DNA from: Deltaproteobacteria bacterium
Lineage (GTDB): Bacteria; UBA10199; SPLOWO2-01-44-7
Direction of reading: 5' to 3'
Assembly: GCA_030648035.1 (NCBI GenBank)
Contig: JAUSII010000116.1
Location: forward strand, 1 to 60,985
Length of the DNA stretch: 60,985 bases
Of this stretch, positions 1 to 8,470 are shown one piece after another; within the stretch, counting starts at the first letter, position 1; each line of letters starts with the position of its first letter. The translations under genes and the position numbers were made by a program. The notes beneath the pieces were generated by a model that searched no databases, was not told the DNA's origin, and saw only the letters and a program-made list of their open reading frames with translations.

Positions 1-19
1 CTGGCTGGCTGGCTGGCTG
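1..19. repeat. (CTGG)n tetranucleotide simple repeat inside the RT gene, cut by the window edge
   Basis: ctggctggctggctggctg at positions 1-19. Confidence 0.8.
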
Positions 20-558
20 TGCAAATTATGGGCCATCATGTGATGTGAATCGAGCACTTTCTGAATTAGCCACAAAGTATCCACGCACGCAACTTTTCTT
101 TTGATGAGACGCATTAAAATCTGGCAGTCAATACTCGGAAAATATTTTCGGATGTCGCACTTCAAAACGTAGGCATTTCTTCGGGCAAATTTTTGAAACC
201 GGTCCAATGCCGCATGGGTCCCCTTTTCTTTTCGAGTGGCATAAGAGTCAGAAATAAACGTCGGCTCAAAGATCGGCTCCAAAATATTGTGAATGGCATG
301 GTGCACAACTCTGTCGCGATAAGGGGCGGCACTGATGATTCTCTGTTTGGGTTCGTAAATGGTAAAGTGGTGATATTGGCCAGGTTCATAGCGTTTTAAC
401 GACAAATCTTTATGCAACTGCCACAACTCTTTTTCGAGATAAAAATTAAAACGAGCGACCGGCTTTTTGAACCGCTTGCCTCTTTGAGATAAACGAGAGG
501 CCTTTAGCAAATTTTGAAAAGCAATAATCTGTTCGTAGAGATGGTCGAAGGTTCTCAT
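1..558 (-). CDS. DGR-type reverse transcriptase, N-terminal 186 codons (truncated by window edge; absent from the ORF track)
   Basis: Manual translation from ATG 558, which overlaps the avd stop as ATGA: [20 protein letters not shown]...[54 protein letters not shown]...[15 protein letters not shown]. These are typical N-terminal motifs of DGR/group II-like RTs. The frame is open to position 1, and the YxDD motif lies outside the window. Confidence 0.93.
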   Translation of the reverse strand, partial: [186 protein letters not shown]

Positions 559-899
559 GTTTTGGATTTTTGCTGTTTGAGCCAACCGCCCAACTGCACG
601 CCGATCTCGTTGATCATTTTTGAAATGACTTCGTAACGATGCAGGGGAATGATCTTCAGATCTTTGCACAACCGAACATAATAGCGGGCCTTCTCCAATT
701 TGACATTGGCCTTTTGTAACAAGATTGATTTCTCTTTTGTGAAGCAGGCCTCCAAAAGCAGTTCCAGAATATCAAAACTGATTGATTCAAGCCGTTCGCC
801 CAACTGATACCGTTCGGACCTTGGAAATTTGGCGACTTGAGGAATGAGATAGAGCAGAAAATCGTAGACTCTCGTTATAATTTGTGGAGTTTCTCGCAT
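555..899 (-). CDS. avd: DGR accessory variability determinant (Avd-like four-helix bundle)
   Basis: YDFLLYLIPQVAKFPRSERYQLGERLE...LEKARYYVRLCKDLKII...EIGVQLGGWLK. It lies between the target gene and the RT. ATG 899 is preferred over GTG 929, which falls inside the hairpin. Confidence 0.9.
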   Translation of the reverse strand: MRETPQIITRVYDFLLYLIPQVAKFPRSERYQLGERLESISFDILELLLEACFTKEKSILLQKANVKLEKARYYVRLCKDLKIIPLHRYEVISKMINEIGVQLGGWLKQQKSKT

Positions 900-907
900 A
901 AAAATAT

Positions 908-942
908 CTCGGCCCCATTTGTTTGCCACAAATGGGGCCGAG
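908..942 (-). promoter_or_regulatory. DGR target-recognition hairpin/cruciform downstream of the VR/IMH
   Basis: Perfect 15-bp inverted repeat CTCGGCCCCATTTGT / ACAAATGGGGCCGAG with a GGCAA loop (minus strand), about 25 nt past the target stop codon and after a pyrimidine-rich CTTTTACC repeat tract. Confidence 0.8.
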
Positions 943-967
943 GGTAAAAGGGTAAAAGCAAAAAGGG

Positions 968-1873
968 TTAACTTATAGAGTCCTGGGGCGCAGCCAGCCG
1001 AAAACCCCTATAGTTGCTACGAGACACGGGCTGAAGGAGGTCGCGGCACGACGCGCGCAGGTACCCCGGATTATTGCTGCCCCAGGAGCCGCCGCGCAGA
1101 ACTTTAAAATCACCACTCACAAGGCCTATTGGATCGGTTACGGCTCCTCTTGGATAATCTCCATACCAACTTCTTGTCCATTCCCAAACATTGCCTGTCA
1201 TGTGGCGCAGACCATTAGGCAAAGTCGGATATTTGGAATCATTCACATCGATAGTAGAGCCCGCATTAAAATGAGCCTCGGTTTTGACCAACTTTCCGCT
1301 CGGTGTGGCATATTCGCGCGGTTTTCTCTCTCCACGAACCACACGCGCGGCATATTCCCATTCAGCCTCTTCCGGAAGACGAACGGCATGCAATGCACTA
1401 AAAACAAATGCATCATACCAATTCACATTTATAGCAGGCTGACCGGAACCATCAAAATTTGCGGGGGGAGTGTGATCGGCAATATGAACAAGATTCAATG
1501 CGCCGATTAATCTGGCCGCTCCACCTTTTGCAATTTCTCCCGCATCGGGAATCAACCGATCTAACGAAGATCTGATTTCAGCGGAAGAACTTCCCAAAGC
1601 CAACAATTTTTCCACACCGGTTTGGCCATCGGCTCCAATCAGCGCAAAACGATTGGCTCCCAATGACGCGGCAAATTTGCCGTAGGTTTCGTTGGTAATT
1701 GGATTGCGACCCATTCTGAAATTGGAAACGGTGACCGGATGTTCCGGAGCATCCTCGAAACGACTGGAACCCATTGTAAAAGTTCCTCCTTCGATGGCCA
1801 CCAAACTCGGTGCAATGGTTGCAAAATTTGCGGCGGCCATACCTGCCAAATCGGAACCCATAATCAGTGACAT
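968..1873 (-). CDS. DGR target protein, FGE-sulfatase (CLec-fold) domain
   Basis: GGTFTMGS, P..NVNWYDA, RLPEEAEWEYAAR, NGLRHMTGNVWEW and VLRGGSW...GFRLA motifs; directly upstream of avd and the RT. Confidence 0.92.
   Translation of the reverse strand: MSLIMGSDLAGMAAANFATIAPSLVAIEGGTFTMGSSRFEDAPEHPVTVSNFRMGRNPITNETYGKFAASLGANRFALIGADGQTGVEKLLALGSSSAEIRSSLDRLIPDAGEIAKGGAARLIGALNLVHIADHTPPANFDGSGQPAINVNWYDAFVFSALHAVRLPEEAEWEYAARVVRGERKPREYATPSGKLVKTEAHFNAGSTIDVNDSKYPTLPNGLRHMTGNVWEWTRSWYGDYPRGAVTDPIGLVSGDFKVLRGGSWGSNNPGYLRASCRDLLQPVSRSNYRGFRLAAPQDSIS
975..1102 (-). repeat. DGR variable region (VR), approximate bounds
   Basis: Encodes RGGSWGSNNPGYLRASCRDLLQPVSRSNYRGFRLA. Positions that are usually Asn in such TRs carry NNY codons (GGC AGC AAT AAT, TAC, TGC, GAC CTC CTT, TCT, AGC AAC TAT), as expected from A-mutagenesis of AAY. 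Confidence 0.75.
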
Positions 1874-1888
1874 TGTATCCTCCTTGAT

Positions 1889-1958
1889 TTGTCATTCTGA
1901 GCCGCAGGCGAAGAATCCAGTGGATCAACGGGATCCTTCGCTTCGCTCAGGAGGACAA
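1889..1958. repeat. REP-like imperfect palindrome
   Basis: TTGTCATTCTGAGC...GCGAAGAATCC / GGATCCTTCGC...GCTCAGGAGGACAA arms; resembles a widespread intergenic palindrome family (recalled, not searched). Confidence 0.7.
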
Positions 1959-1983
1959 CATGTTATCATCGTTCACATATTAC

Positions 1984-2010
1984 TTATCGTCACAATGCAG
2001 AAAAAGTTGC
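1984..2010 (-). promoter_or_regulatory. Putative alternative-sigma promoter (GCAAC-N16-CGATAA) for the DGR target gene
   Basis: GCAAC TTTTTCTGCATTGTGA CGATAA; the same 27-bp pattern recurs at 8430, 24064 and 51635. Confidence 0.65.
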
Positions 2011-2121
2011 TTCATCAAACATAAAAATTTTTATGACTTTTTTATAGTGGAGTGTAAAAAGGACTGAAGTGCAAAAATTTCAAATAATTCCGGCTAGTTA
2101 TCTGATGACCGCTTTGTGTTT

Positions 2122-2715
2122 CTAACTCATCTCGCGTCTCTGCTCCAGCGCTTTGGCCAGAGTGGAGGCGTCCAGGTATTCGAGTTCGCCGCCGACGGGG
2201 ATGCCGGAGGCGAGGCGGGTGATGCGCACTCCCAGGGGTTTAAAGAGGCGGGAGAGATAAAATGCGGTGGCGTCACCTTCCACATTGGAGTTGGTCGCCA
2301 GAATCAACTCTTTGGGGCCGCCGTCTTTCAGGCGCTCCAACAATTCCTTCACCTTTAAATCATCGGGGCCGATGCCATCCAACGGGGAGAGAGCGCCGTG
2401 CAAGACATGATAGCGGCCGCGAAAGCTCGATGTCTTTTCGACCGCGGTCACATCGGAGGGCTCTTCCACCACGCAAATCAGATGGGCCTCGCGTCTTGTA
2501 TCAGAGCAGATACGGCACGGGTTTTCCTGCGTGATGTTGCAACAGACCTGGCAGAGTTTTATTTTTTCGTGCAGATCTTTCAGCGCCTCGCTCAAATCCC
2601 TTGAAATTTGTTTGGACGATTTGAGCAGAAAAAAAGCAAGCCGCGTGGCGGTCCGCTCTCCCACTCCGGGCAATTTGCCCAGGGCATAAATCAGTTTGTC
2701 GATGGGGCTGGTCAT
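2122..2715 (-). CDS. recR: Recombination mediator RecR
   Basis: LPGVGERTATRLAF HhH, CQVC..CRIC Zn finger, Toprim domain (VVEE, YHVLHGALSPLDG, GGELEYLD). Confidence 0.97.
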   Translation of the reverse strand: MTSPIDKLIYALGKLPGVGERTATRLAFFLLKSSKQISRDLSEALKDLHEKIKLCQVCCNITQENPCRICSDTRREAHLICVVEEPSDVTAVEKTSSFRGRYHVLHGALSPLDGIGPDDLKVKELLERLKDGGPKELILATNSNVEGDATAFYLSRLFKPLGVRITRLASGIPVGGELEYLDASTLAKALEQRREMS

Positions 2716-4301
2716 TCCTTGTTCTCCACACGCACCTCTTCGACGACCGCGCCGAGAATATTGGCGGCTTCACGGACTGAATCGTGCTTCAAGGCCGCCT
2801 CCTGCAATATTTTTCTGCGCGACTGCGTTTCATCCGGCAGGGGCACGCTGGAAGAAGTGGAATAGACCAGTTTCAATACATAGGGTTTTCCAAAAAATTT
2901 GAGAAAGATCGCCTCGACCTGTTTTTTGCGATCTTCTTCCATAAGCATTTCACCATAAATCGAACCGGTTTCAAAACCGATCTCAATGGCCATGGCCCCC
3001 ATCGAAACCAGACGCCCATGATTGAGAATGGAAATAAGACGCGGATTTTCTTTCTGGAGCCAGACGAGGAACGGGTCCCAAGTTTTGCCTTCGCTCTTTT
3101 CTTCTTTTATTACGGAGGACGTTGGAACAACGGATGGAGAGCTGACGCCCACCCCACCCGATTTGGCGACCCTTTCCAACTTGGCCAGAATCTCTTTGAG
3201 AGGGACCACCTCTGCAATCAGCGTCATCCGCACCAGCAACACATCAAAAAGCATTTTGGGAAACGAGGAACGGGCAATCTCTTCTGCACCCGCATAGGCG
3301 AGCGAAAAAAGCTGGTCGATCTCTTCGGGAGCGGCAAGCGCACTCATCTCTTTTAATGCGCGCACCTCTTCTTTGGCAAGCTCCGCCCAGTCGGGAACGT
3401 CACCCAACGTTTTTACCAGCAGCAAATTTCTAAAACCGGAAACCATATCAAAAGCGAGCCGATTCAAATCGGCCCCGGCCTGATAAAAAAGATGCAACTG
3501 CTCCAGCGCACTTTTCCGGTCTCTATTCAAAACCGCTTTCAACAATCCCCAAAACTGCGTGCGATCAAGAAAGCCGAGCATCGTTTTCAAATTTTCATAA
3601 CCGACGGTTTCACCCGAATAGGCAATCGCCTGATCAAACAGACTCTGCGCATCACGCAGGCTCCCGCCCGCCTCTTGCGCGACAAGGTGCAGAGCGTCGT
3701 CATCTATCGTCACCTTCTCCGACTCGGCGATTTTTTTGAGATCGATGACCAGTTCTCCCACCGGAATTCGTTTGAAGTCATAACGCTGACAGCGCGACAA
3801 AATAGTGGCGGGAATTTTATGGACCTCGGTGGTGGCAAAAATAAAAATCACATGCGGCGGCGGTTCTTCGAGCGTCTTGAGCAGGGCATTGAAGGCGGGA
3901 GCTGAAAGCATGTGGACTTCATCGATGATATAAATTTTGTAGCGGCCTTTGGCGGAAAGATATTTCACCTTTTCGCGAATTCCACGAATATCCTCAACGC
4001 CGTTATTGGAAGCGCCGTCGATCTCCTGCACATCCATCGACCGACCTTCCAGAATATCGACGCACATCGCACACACATTACAAGGTTCTCGGCTTCCAAT
4101 TCCCTTTTCGCAATTGAGCGCCTTTGCCAGAATGCGCGCGACGGTTGTTTTGCCGATGCCGCGTGCGCCGGTAAAAAGATAGGCATGATGAATGCGCCCG
4201 GTGGCCAGTGCGTTCTGCAAGGTCTGCGTGACATGAATCTGCCCGATGACCTCTGCAAAAAGTTGGGGGCGATATTTGCGGGCTAAGACCTGATAAGACA
4301 T
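2712..4301 (-). CDS. dnaX: DNA polymerase III subunit gamma/tau
   Basis: MSYQVLARKYRPQ, GARGIGKTT, IIDEVHML, LLKTLEEPP, SRC motif. Confidence 0.98.
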   Translation of the reverse strand: MSYQVLARKYRPQLFAEVIGQIHVTQTLQNALATGRIHHAYLFTGARGIGKTTVARILAKALNCEKGIGSREPCNVCAMCVDILEGRSMDVQEIDGASNNGVEDIRGIREKVKYLSAKGRYKIYIIDEVHMLSAPAFNALLKTLEEPPPHVIFIFATTEVHKIPATILSRCQRYDFKRIPVGELVIDLKKIAESEKVTIDDDALHLVAQEAGGSLRDAQSLFDQAIAYSGETVGYENLKTMLGFLDRTQFWGLLKAVLNRDRKSALEQLHLFYQAGADLNRLAFDMVSGFRNLLLVKTLGDVPDWAELAKEEVRALKEMSALAAPEEIDQLFSLAYAGAEEIARSSFPKMLFDVLLVRMTLIAEVVPLKEILAKLERVAKSGGVGVSSPSVVPTSSVIKEEKSEGKTWDPFLVWLQKENPRLISILNHGRLVSMGAMAIEIGFETGSIYGEMLMEEDRKKQVEAIFLKFFGKPYVLKLVYSTSSSVPLPDETQSRRKILQEAALKHDSVREAANILGAVVEEVRVENKE

Positions 4302-4330
4302 GCTTGACTGGTAACTTAGTTAAAAGTTAG

Positions 4331-4768
4331 ATGCAAGAGATGAAAAGGATTATCTGTCTGGATATCGGCGACAAAAGAATCGGTATCGCCATGAGCGACC
4401 CGTTTGGCATGACCGCGCAGGCGCTGGCCACCCTTCAACGCACCACCTTTCGCGCCGATGCCGCCAAAATTCTGGAAATTCTGAAAGAATATCAGGTCGG
4501 TCTGGTTCTGATCGGCCTCCCCCTCAATTCCGAAAGCCAAGAGGGTCCGCAGGCCAAAAAAGTGCGGCATTTTGAGGGGGGCCTGGCAAAATTCTTGAAA
4601 GAGAAGAATCATGCCGCCACCATCGAATGGGTCGATGAAAGTTTTTCCTCCAGAGAAGCGGAGGTTTTTCTTCTGGAAGCCGATTTGAGCCGAAAAAAAA
4701 GAAAAAAGGTGATCGACAAAATGGCGGCCGCCGTCGTTTTGCAGAATTATCTGGATGAACATGGTTAA
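4331..4768 (+). CDS. ruvX: RuvX/YqgF pre-16S rRNA nuclease
   Basis: LDIGDKRIGIAMSD, GLPL, DESFSS, DKMAAAVVLQNYLD. Confidence 0.95.
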   Translation: MQEMKRIICLDIGDKRIGIAMSDPFGMTAQALATLQRTTFRADAAKILEILKEYQVGLVLIGLPLNSESQEGPQAKKVRHFEGGLAKFLKEKNHAATIEWVDESFSSREAEVFLLEADLSRKKRKKVIDKMAAAVVLQNYLDEHG

Positions 4769-5777
4769 AAGATTGTTCACCATTTTTGCAGTGTTGATTG
4801 TTCCATGCATCGCGCTGGCAATCTGGTTTTTTGTCTGGCTCACCACTCCCATTCTGCCAAAGACTCCGGAGATCACGATTGAAAAAGGAATGTCTCTGCA
4901 TGCAATCGCCGCAAAACTCTCGGAGCAGAAAATTATTTCGCACCCGAGAGCCTTTGTTCTCTATGCACAGGCCACCGGCAGAGGGCAGGAACTCAAGGCG
5001 GGAGTCTATCTTTTTGACAAAGCGGTCACGCCGCAAACGGTGCTCGACTATCTGGCAAAGGGTGTGGTCTATGCCTTGAAAATTCGTCTGATCGAAGGAT
5101 GGACCAATCTGCAAATGGTCAATCATCTGACCACTCTCCCTTTTATAAAAATTCCAAATTTCAAAGAAGAATTTCTGGCGCTGACCAAAAATGCGGCTTT
5201 CATAAAATCTCTGGAACTATACACACCGACACTGGAGGGTTATCTCTCTCCACAAACCTATTATCTCGCCCCCGGTTCACAAACGGCCGACTTTCTCACC
5301 GCCTTTGTGATGGAATTTAAAAAAGTCTATCAAGAGGCTCTGAAAGATCTCACCGTTTTGCCCAGCCTCTCGGAACATCAGATCGTCACACTCGCTTCGA
5401 TCATTGAAAAAGAGACCGGCGCCGAAGAAGAGCGAACGATCATCGCCTCTGTTTTTTATAACCGCCTCGACAAGGGAATGCTGTTGCAGAGCGATCCAAC
5501 CATTATTTATGGATTGAAACATTTCGATGGCGACATTCGCAAAGGGGACATCACGCACCAGAACATCTACAACACCTATGTCCACAAGGGTCTCCCGCCG
5601 GGCCCCATTTGCAATCCGGGCAGGGCTTCGATCTATGCCGCACTCCATCCGGCAAAAACCGATTATCTCTTTTTTGTTTCAAAGGGAAACGGCACGCACT
5701 ATTTTTCGAAGACAGCGAAGGAACATTTGGAAGCGGTCAGAAAATATCAGATCGAGAGAACTCAAATAGTCCAGTGA
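4755..5777 (+). CDS. mltG: Endolytic murein transglycosylase MltG
   Basis: N-terminal TM, LEGYL.P.TY, LASIIEKE, LQSDPT, YNTY..KGLPPGPICNPG. Confidence 0.96.
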   Translation: MNMVKRLFTIFAVLIVPCIALAIWFFVWLTTPILPKTPEITIEKGMSLHAIAAKLSEQKIISHPRAFVLYAQATGRGQELKAGVYLFDKAVTPQTVLDYLAKGVVYALKIRLIEGWTNLQMVNHLTTLPFIKIPNFKEEFLALTKNAAFIKSLELYTPTLEGYLSPQTYYLAPGSQTADFLTAFVMEFKKVYQEALKDLTVLPSLSEHQIVTLASIIEKETGAEEERTIIASVFYNRLDKGMLLQSDPTIIYGLKHFDGDIRKGDITHQNIYNTYVHKGLPPGPICNPGRASIYAALHPAKTDYLFFVSKGNGTHYFSKTAKEHLEAVRKYQIERTQIVQ

Positions 5778-6352
5778 TAGATATCCAAGCCCTGCAAATA
5801 CCAGCGGCCGGAACTTTTTTGAAAAAAGAGACGGACACTTTGCCAGTCCATATTGCCATTCTGCTCCGACCCGGACCAGGCAAGATCAATAAAGGGAAGT
5901 TTGCCGATCATTTTATCGACGGCATTGCCACTGTTGACAAAAATATTAACGCCGCGGATATCGTGACTTTTGGCTATTTTGGAGAGTTTGTCATACCAGA
6001 CAGCTCCAAAATTGCCGGTGATCGGTTTGCCCGTTCCATCCTGCCGCCCCCACCAGCGACTGTTGTTTTCTTTAAAGAGACGGCCCAATGCGGGGCAAGT
6101 TAGCCGGACATTATATTGGCCCAGATAGCGAAAAACAAAACCGGCCCCCGGATCACACATGTTTTCCCACTTTGTTCCATCCTGATCGAGAAGCCCCTGA
6201 ACAAATTGATTCACCAGCGGCTCCACCTGTTTGTAAAATTTTTTGTCTCTCCCTTCCGATTTGGAATATTTGATCTGCGGTGCCTCTTGCGCCTGCAAGT
6301 TAAAAGAGGCAAAAGAAAAAACGAGAAACAAAAAAAGCATTCCATATTTCAT
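5762..6352 (-). CDS. Secreted hypothetical protein
   Basis: Signal peptide MKYGMLFLFLVFSFASFNLQA; ATGA coupling to the upstream ATPase stop. Confidence 0.75.
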   Translation of the reverse strand: MKYGMLFLFLVFSFASFNLQAQEAPQIKYSKSEGRDKKFYKQVEPLVNQFVQGLLDQDGTKWENMCDPGAGFVFRYLGQYNVRLTCPALGRLFKENNSRWWGRQDGTGKPITGNFGAVWYDKLSKIAKSHDIRGVNIFVNSGNAVDKMIGKLPFIDLAWSGSEQNGNMDWQSVRLFFQKSSGRWYLQGLDIYHWTI

Positions 6353-8409
6353 GAGGCCCTCCACTGACGTCCCATGATGCGCTCAAATTCTTGTGGCGAA
6401 GTGATTCCCTTCATCACCAGTCGTCTGGCCGACTCACGAAGCAGGACAACGCCGGCCTCGGTCAGAGATCTCTCTGCGTCATCGCGTAATTTTATATCCT
6501 CGGCTCCACTGAACACATAGGCCAGCACTTCGTTTGTCGGCGGAACAACTTCATAAATGCCGATGCGCCCATTGTATCCGGTATTCTTGCACTGCCTGCA
6601 TTTTCCACTACTGAAAATTTCGGCGCGAGCCAGACTCTCCCGTGTCATCCCCAGAAGATCGGCAACAGTGGATGGATCGGATATTTTTTGTCGACAGTGC
6701 GGCTCTGTGCAGAGTCGTCGCACGAGTCTTTGCGCCACAATCCCCCTCAACACGTCGGCCAACATATGACCCGGAACTCCCATCTTCACCAAACGTTGCA
6801 CCGTGGAAAGAGCATCGTTGGTATGCAACGTGGAAAAAACAAGATGGCCTGTATCGGCCGCCTCCACTGCAATCTGCGCTGTTTCAGGATTCCGAATTTC
6901 ACCAAGCATGATGATGTTGGGATCGGAGCGCAAAAAAGAATGCAACGCCTTTTCATAAGTCAGCCCTCTCTCAATTTGCATCTGTTCTACACCACCCGGC
7001 AGTCTATATTCCACCGGATGTTCCGCGGTGAGGATATGTATGTCGGGCCGGGCCAATTCTGTTATCAAGGATGCAAGCAGAGAGGTCTTGCCGGAACCGG
7101 TGGGTCCGGTCACCAGAACCAGACCGTTGGGCTGTGAAGCAAAAGCTCTCAACATTCCCAGTTGCACTCCATCCATTCCCAAACCATCCAAGTCAAAAAT
7201 TTTCTGCGATCTTAAAAGTCTCATGGAAATGGCAGGGCCGTAAATGGTGGGACGGACCTCCGCGCGCACATCCATTGTTTCATCCCCGACCGTCCATTGA
7301 AAAACGCCACCCTGTGGAACCAGATGTATTTTGTCTGTCTCCATGTGGGCATCCGTTGCCAATTTTCTTACAACTCCTTGGGCATATGGAAGCAATCGGG
7401 CTTCATAATCTGCAAGATAAAGCGGTTCCAAAAGACCGTCTCTGCGAATGCGAACGGAGAGTCGTCCTTTTTGGGGGGCAATATGAATATCGCTGGTCCC
7501 TCTTCTATAAGCCTCATCCAAAATATTTTTAACAAGCTGAAGCACAAAAGGACTTTGCTCCGTAATCTGCTGGCTGGTATCGGCCCCAGCGGCGCGAACT
7601 GGAGCAGTACCAATATTTTCTATCGGCACAGGAGCGGCCGGCTTCGTCGCTCCGTCCTGACCATAAACGCGTTCGATCCCCACTTTGATTTCATGTTCAA
7701 AAGCAAAGACTGCTTGAATGGTATAACCGGTTGCAAAACGAATTTTGCCCAACAGTTCCAAATCCTCCGGCGAGGAAACAACAACATACAGAATACTTCC
7801 ACTCCGCATATAGGGTAGAACACCCAGCTCCAGCGCCTTTGCCTTTGGAAAGTTTGAAAAAATATCTCCCATATCTGCAGGCATGCCATCCGTTAAAACT
7901 TCCGCCACATTGATAATGGGAATTCCGGTATCGGTCGTATGCTCGCTCAAAATAATTCTCAAACGATGAAGTTTTTCCTCTTCTCTAGCGGCATTCCAAT
8001 GGCGCCCAATCACCGTCCAGAGAAAAGCGCCTCCCCTCGATGCGCTGATCCAACCCCGTATTTGAAGCGGAGTGGCCAAATTTTCGCTCAAGAGCTTTGC
8101 TACAATTTTCTGTTGTGCCGGGAGTGAAGAGGGAGGTTGTGTCACTGGCGCAATTTCACCGCCGGATGAAGGGCCGCCATTTCCCATTGCATATATTCGG
8201 TCGGGGATCGCCGCGAAGAGAGACGCGCGATCTGGTTTGGAAGGAACTCGGGATTGAAGCCAGGCAATAGCGGCAGGCTCCAGAACATCGGCCGGTGCCT
8301 CTGAATGGGGAACCGTCACGGGTATCACAAGGGAATCCAAAGCAGACGCAAGATTGGCCGTGGTGCAAAAAATTTCTGCAGAAAGGGCAACGTCACCGAT
8401 GACTCTCAT
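6349..8409 (-). CDS. GspE/PilB-family secretion/pilus ATPase with atypical N-terminal extension
   Basis: SDIHI.P, GPTGSGKT, EHPVEY, LRSDPNIIMLGEIR, TGHLVFSTLHTN, Zn-binding CxxC and GRIGIYEV; start at 8409 follows GGAGG. Confidence 0.9.
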   Translation of the reverse strand: MRVIGDVALSAEIFCTTANLASALDSLVIPVTVPHSEAPADVLEPAAIAWLQSRVPSKPDRASLFAAIPDRIYAMGNGGPSSGGEIAPVTQPPSSLPAQQKIVAKLLSENLATPLQIRGWISASRGGAFLWTVIGRHWNAAREEEKLHRLRIILSEHTTDTGIPIINVAEVLTDGMPADMGDIFSNFPKAKALELGVLPYMRSGSILYVVVSSPEDLELLGKIRFATGYTIQAVFAFEHEIKVGIERVYGQDGATKPAAPVPIENIGTAPVRAAGADTSQQITEQSPFVLQLVKNILDEAYRRGTSDIHIAPQKGRLSVRIRRDGLLEPLYLADYEARLLPYAQGVVRKLATDAHMETDKIHLVPQGGVFQWTVGDETMDVRAEVRPTIYGPAISMRLLRSQKIFDLDGLGMDGVQLGMLRAFASQPNGLVLVTGPTGSGKTSLLASLITELARPDIHILTAEHPVEYRLPGGVEQMQIERGLTYEKALHSFLRSDPNIIMLGEIRNPETAQIAVEAADTGHLVFSTLHTNDALSTVQRLVKMGVPGHMLADVLRGIVAQRLVRRLCTEPHCRQKISDPSTVADLLGMTRESLARAEIFSSGKCRQCKNTGYNGRIGIYEVVPPTNEVLAYVFSGAEDIKLRDDAERSLTEAGVVLLRESARRLVMKGITSPQEFERIMGRQWRAS

Positions 8410-8429
8410 AAAATCAACCTCCACCATCC

Positions 8430-8456
8430 TCTTCGGCTACGCTAAAAAAAAGTTGC
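8430..8456 (-). promoter_or_regulatory. Putative alternative-sigma promoter (GCAAC-N16-CGAAGA)
   Basis: GCAAC TTTTTTTTAGCGTAGC CGAAGA, 20 nt upstream of ATG 8409. Confidence 0.65.
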
Positions 8457-8470
8457 CTACAATAAATCCA

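Larger units (their letters stand above)
1..1873 (-). mobile_element. Diversity-generating retroelement (target-hairpin-avd-RT; TR not in window)
   Basis: Co-oriented CLec target, hairpin, Avd and RT. Confidence 0.9.

Noticed and set aside
89-115. GCAACTTTT on the plus strand as another promoter-motif copy
   Set aside because: It lies inside the RT gene and lacks CGA at the 16-nt spacing.
162-399. ORF-track ORFs 162-389 (-) and 193-399 (+)
   Set aside because: They are shadows of the RT, which is in another minus frame (558 to beyond 1).
400-970. DGR template repeat near avd/RT
   Set aside because: There is no AAC-rich copy of the VR here, and avd and RT overlap. I saw no second VR-like copy elsewhere in the window by eye.
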